Source: Candidatus Micrarchaeota archaeon
Lineage (GTDB): Archaea; Micrarchaeota; Micrarchaeia; Micrarchaeales; CABMGC01
Direction: 5' to 3'
Length of the DNA: 53,322 nucleotides
Assembly (NCBI GenBank): GCA_021804095.1
Contig: JAJZKQ010000003.1
Span: 1-53,322 of the forward strand
The notes beneath the pieces were generated by a model. It ran no database searches, was not told where the DNA came from, and was given only the letters and a program-made list of their open reading frames with translations. This document shows positions 49,626 through 53,322 of the stretch, in pieces (position 1 is the first letter of the stretch; every line of letters begins with the position of its first letter). Both the position numbers and the translations under genes were made by a program.

Positions 49626-49922
49626 TCAATCTACCTCAAGTTTCACAAGCCTTCCGAAAGAGCTCTTTATCCTCTCTTCATCAAGTACATTAAAGACCTC
49701 GGCCACTGTCGTGTCATCCACTCCTATCCTTCTCAATATGTTGTTTATATCATACTGCCGCAAGCCCAGCTTCTCAAGCATATCAACGAAGAATACCACA
49801 TTCACATGCCTATGCATCTTGTTGAGCTTATTGACCAGCTCTTCTGCGGCCCCCTCTCCTATCCCTAAAGCTGTAAGCATCTTCTTCAGATCTATTCTGC
49901 TAACACTGAAGCTTCCGGGCAT
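49626..49922 (-). CDS. Small helical protein homologous to the C-terminal domain of the upstream ATPase
   Basis: Stop/start overlap with the ATPase; ungapped similarity to ATPase residues 429-502. Confidence 0.8.
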   Translation of the reverse strand: MPGSFSVSRIDLKKMLTALGIGEGAAEELVNKLNKMHRHVNVVFFVDMLEKLGLRQYDINNILRRIGVDDTTVAEVFNVLDEERIKSSFGRLVKLEVD

Positions 49923-51457
49923 CAGCCACCAGCCTCTTTGCGCTCATACGAAAATACCCTGGTTATCAGCATATCGGATAAGCCTATGTCCCTGAGCAGG
50001 GCAACCACAACATCCCTTCCTATGTTCTCTGAAAGCAACAGCTCCACAAAATTCCTTACATCAACTTCCTTTTCCTGAGCGCCCATCTCCTTGAATACTT
50101 TAATATAGCTTTCAGGATTTAGCCCGTTCTCCACAAACTTCGCATCAAGCGTAATCCTATCGAATGTAAACTCTTTCTTTATGTCGGAGCCTTGAAGTTC
50201 TCCAGGTTCCAGAAGATTCTCTATGCTTATAGTGTACATATCCAGAGGAAGCTCTCCGACGATATGCTCAATCAGGAAGACATTTGGGAATTTTACCGAT
50301 GTGTTGAATGACATGTCTACTGCTGCTTGGCCTACCCCGAGCTTGCTTATTTCAGACCTCATGAAATCAGAGAAATTAAGCGATCCCTGGAGATACTGCA
50401 TAAACTTCTCGAATTTTATTCTAAGCATTATGGTAGTCCCGACATTGGAGAATATTGCCTCGTTTATGTCTGTCGGGTTCTGCGATGCGACTATAAGCCC
50501 AAAGGAGTACTTCCTTCCTTCCCTTATGATTGTAACAGCATCGCTCCTCTCATCGCTAGCTATCTTCCATGCTTCATCAAGTGTTACTATTGTCTTAAGC
50601 CCAGCATTAGAGCTCCATGACTCCATTCTCATCTTTTCCTTAAGGGTCTGGAGTATGAAAAGGGCAGCTAGAGCCCTAAATCTCTCATCAGGAAGGCTTG
50701 AAAGATCGAGGTCGACAAGTCCTGAAGTAGTAAGCTTGCCTATATCTATGGTGCTCCTATTTGCAAAATAATCCTCACCAGGCCTTGAGAACTGCCTGAG
50801 CCTGTATATAGCATTCTCAAGCTCTGCAGGGTAAGCGTATGTTCCCTCTGTCTGTTTCTCTTCAAGAAGGCTAACAACATCCTTGAGCGTTGGCGCCTCC
50901 TTCCCTTCAGGCGGATGGTTTGCTATATTGAACCCGAAATTTACATATGCCTGTTCAACTGCCTCAGCGGTAAGCCTTCTCTGTTCAGGATACTCTCCTA
51001 TATCTGTAAGTATATCAAGAGAGTTCATTATCTGCTTGGTTCTATCAAGAGGTCTCATCCCTGAGAGGTCCATTATATTCATGTAATCCCCCTTTGAGAA
51101 GGAGATTACCCTGCCTCCGCTCTGCTTAACCCATGATATATACTCCCCTGCCCAGTCTATTATTATCGCATTTGTGCCCCACACATAGCTTGCCCTTGTA
51201 AGAAATGTCTTTACGAAAAAACTCTTTCCAGAACCTGTTATGCCTACCACGCTTATGTGCGGATTTGTGAGTGAAGCAAATGTCCAGGTAAAAGGCACAC
51301 CGAAAAGTTTTGTTATTCCTACGAATATGGAATTTGTAGGGTCATTTAATAAGAATTCGTAAGGAGGCTCCGGCGGCCTGCTAAGAAATGTTCTCTTAGC
51401 AAGCTCATTTGTCATAATATTCTGAATCCTAAGCAGTCCCATGTTAATTTTAAACAA
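49922..51457 (-). CDS. VirB4/HerA-like (FtsK-HerA superfamily) ATPase
   Basis: NPH...GITGSGKS Walker A, IIDWAGEY, VTLDEAW Walker B, REGRKY...ASQ; start may be at 51442 or 51415. Confidence 0.9.
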   Translation of the reverse strand: MFKINMGLLRIQNIMTNELAKRTFLSRPPEPPYEFLLNDPTNSIFVGITKLFGVPFTWTFASLTNPHISVVGITGSGKSFFVKTFLTRASYVWGTNAIIIDWAGEYISWVKQSGGRVISFSKGDYMNIMDLSGMRPLDRTKQIMNSLDILTDIGEYPEQRRLTAEAVEQAYVNFGFNIANHPPEGKEAPTLKDVVSLLEEKQTEGTYAYPAELENAIYRLRQFSRPGEDYFANRSTIDIGKLTTSGLVDLDLSSLPDERFRALAALFILQTLKEKMRMESWSSNAGLKTIVTLDEAWKIASDERSDAVTIIREGRKYSFGLIVASQNPTDINEAIFSNVGTTIMLRIKFEKFMQYLQGSLNFSDFMRSEISKLGVGQAAVDMSFNTSVKFPNVFLIEHIVGELPLDMYTISIENLLEPGELQGSDIKKEFTFDRITLDAKFVENGLNPESYIKVFKEMGAQEKEVDVRNFVELLLSENIGRDVVVALLRDIGLSDMLITRVFSYERKEAGG

Positions 51458-51470
51458 AATAAATCTAAAA

Positions 51471-51492
51471 GCCCTCTTGTTTACAAGAGGGC
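51471..51492 (-). terminator. Perfect inverted repeat between the pilin and ATPase genes
   Basis: GCCCTCTTGT-TT-ACAAGAGGGC followed on the minus strand by T-rich sequence. Confidence 0.6.
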
Positions 51493-51505
51493 CTTTAAAA
51501 TAAAA

Positions 51506-52330
51506 TCAAGGCGCTGTGTATTCAGACTGCCATGCATTGGTGTATACTACGGATCCTACGGATGCCCCATTCTGGTCATTTCCGCTGTAGTCGTTAGGAT
51601 TGCCGTTAAGAGGCCACCATCCTACAAGGCTCCCTACTACTGAAGGCACTACTCCTATGCCGCTATGATACATTGCAAGTACCTCTGCAGGGCTTAATGT
51701 TGCATTATAGTACTGCACGTTAGATATCATTCCATTAAATGTGGTGCCTGATGTTCCTGCAATATCTCCTACGTATACTGTAGGGTTGGTGGTAAAGCTC
51801 CCTGCTGCGGAGTAGACCTGTTGCCCATTCACATATACTGTATTTATTCCGTTGTATGTTACTGTTACAAAACTCCATGTGTTGGAGAGTGTTGATGTTC
51901 CAGTATATCCGATTCCATCAACTCCAAGTCCTCCGCTTCCAAAGCCTATGTAATTTCCTCCTGCAAATGAGAATACTCCAGATTGCGCAGGCTGTGTGCT
52001 CTTGGGATCCATCCAGAAAGATATTGTTCCGGAAGAACTTCCGGAAATAACTCCGGTTGCCTCAACGTAAGAATCTGAAAGAGGATTGAAAACCGCAACC
52101 TGATCTGGCTCTCCGTTTGTACACTCTCCCTGTGCAGATGCGTGTGCAGACGTTCCGGGTCCATTAGGCCTTTCTATCTGGCATGCTCCAGGTCCTACTT
52201 TAGGAGTAAGAAATCCTGCATTAAAGACTCCCAAACCAAACAGCGCACCTAGAACTACAGCAATTATAAGTATTGCCCAGCCGTATGTCATAAGATACTC
52301 CATTGCACTTTGGAGCTTGAAATTTCCCAT
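51506..52330 (-). CDS. Class III signal peptide (type IV pilin-like) protein with LamG-like domain
   Basis: KL/QSAMEYLMTYGWAILIIAVV, then TISFW, WSFVTVTY, VYVNG, FNGMISNVQYYN.TLS, LVGWWPLNG...DYSGN. Confidence 0.9.
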   Translation of the reverse strand: MGNFKLQSAMEYLMTYGWAILIIAVVLGALFGLGVFNAGFLTPKVGPGACQIERPNGPGTSAHASAQGECTNGEPDQVAVFNPLSDSYVEATGVISGSSSGTISFWMDPKSTQPAQSGVFSFAGGNYIGFGSGGLGVDGIGYTGTSTLSNTWSFVTVTYNGINTVYVNGQQVYSAAGSFTTNPTVYVGDIAGTSGTTFNGMISNVQYYNATLSPAEVLAMYHSGIGVVPSVVGSLVGWWPLNGNPNDYSGNDQNGASVGSVVYTNAWQSEYTAP

Positions 52331-52478
52331 GTAATTCGATTATATTAGAAAGGAAGCCTTTATAAAGTTATACTAAAACCAGAGAGGGGTCTACTCTCAC
52401 GAACCCTTGCCGCGTTATAGCCTTAATCCTCAGTAATATTTTTATAATATAGCATGAAAGGTATAATCAGGAGATAAT

Positions 52479-52619
52479 ATGGAAGCATATTGTGTTAAAT
52501 GCAAAGAAAAGAAAGAGATGAAGGGAGCGAAGGAAGTAACCATGAAAAACGGCAAGAAAGCAATGACCGGAACATGCGAATCCTGCGGAACCAAAATGTT
52601 CAAGATAGGAGGAAAGTAA
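52479..52619 (+). CDS. DUF5679-like small zinc-ribbon protein (46 aa)
   Basis: Not in ORF track; MEAYCVKCKEKKEMKGAKEVTMKNGKKAMTGTCESCGTKMFKIGGK with GGAG RBS. Confidence 0.85.
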   Translation: MEAYCVKCKEKKEMKGAKEVTMKNGKKAMTGTCESCGTKMFKIGGK

Positions 52620-52750
52620 GAAGGCAAAATAAAAGCTAGCCTCTACAACCGGATAAAATATCCCCTATCTATTTATGGTTTAAAACCCGAATCCCGTTTA
52701 ATTCGAATTTATTTTATTTTTTCTTTATTCTTACAATAAACAAATTCTGC

Positions 52751-53287
52751 TCAAGGCTTGTGTATTGCTACTACCTCGATCTTAAACACGAGAGTATGCC
52801 CTGCAAGCGGCGAATTGAAGTTTACAGTTACATCATTTGAGCCTACAGCTGCAATAACTCCGTGCTCCTGAATCCCATTAGCTATTCTTGTGACTGGTGT
52901 TCCTATAATTATATTAGCTGTGCTGTTTACTCCGAATGCATTTACCGGAACGCTCACGAAAAGCGAAGAATTGACTTCACCATAGCCTTCCTGCGGTGTC
53001 ACTGTTATTGTCTTGTTCTGGTCAAGCCTCATTCCCACCACTCCAAAATCAAAACCAGGTATGAGCTGCCCTGCACCAACTGTAAAGTTAAGCGGTGCCT
53101 GGCCCACATTTGAACCGAAGACTGTACCATTGGTAAAGCTTCCAGTGTAATATACACTTACATTGTCCCCTGCCTTCACAACCTCGGCGTTTGCTGCCGA
53201 TACGAAAAAGAGGATGCCTACAGCTGCCATTATAACTACTACAACAATTGCCAATATCGCATATCTTCCAAAATTCATAAAATTCAC
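52751..53287 (-). CDS. FKBP-type (SlyD-like) peptidyl-prolyl isomerase with N-terminal membrane anchor/signal peptide
   Basis: GDNVSVYYTG, PLNFTVGAGQLIPGF, VTPQEGYG, NFNSPLAGHTLVFKIEV; hydrophobic N-terminus. Confidence 0.9.
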   Translation of the reverse strand: MNFMNFGRYAILAIVVVVIMAAVGILFFVSAANAEVVKAGDNVSVYYTGSFTNGTVFGSNVGQAPLNFTVGAGQLIPGFDFGVVGMRLDQNKTITVTPQEGYGEVNSSLFVSVPVNAFGVNSTANIIIGTPVTRIANGIQEHGVIAAVGSNDVTVNFNSPLAGHTLVFKIEVVAIHKP

Positions 53288-53322
53288 TCTGTTTTTTTTA
53301 TCTTCTATACTGTTTAGATAAT

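Noticed and set aside
1-53322. CRISPR arrays, rRNA genes, inteins, integrases or proviruses
   Set aside because: No regularly spaced repeats or rRNA-like stretches seen; MCM and RNAP subunits have no intein-sized insertions; no integrase or viral hallmark genes

Overview
Archaeal chromosomal window, most likely from a DPANN archaeon of the Micrarchaeota type. This is inferred from the split RpoB and RpoA subunits, LamG-domain class III pilin, bacterial-type GlyA/MetRS/fused GuaA, the DnaK system and GGTGA-type ribosome-binding sites. Most of it is housekeeping: proteasome/exosome operon, histone, trxA, hisS, tRNA-Gly(CCC), presenilin-type protease, glyA, trpS, grpE-dnaK-dnaJ, the RNA polymerase operon, metG, mcm, GGR, aglB plus a GT4, thermosome and adk-EMC3-rpl34e. 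Five things stand out. (1) A nucleotide cluster of two mosaic NPP-family paralogues, guaA, CBS-less guaB and an atypical adenosine-deaminase-fold enzyme that may be an AMP deaminase, ending in a ribbon-helix-helix protein fused to a degenerate nucleotidyltransferase (candidate nucleotide-sensing regulator). (2) A stand-alone single-repeat TBP whose stop codon is supplied by an IS200/IS605-like right end. (3) A LamG-pilin/VirB4-like ATPase locus in which the ATPase C-terminal domain is duplicated as the next gene. (4) Substitutions in normally near-invariant RNA polymerase active-centre motifs. (5) A C-terminally truncated DnaJ. All family calls come from motif recognition by eye; no searches were run.
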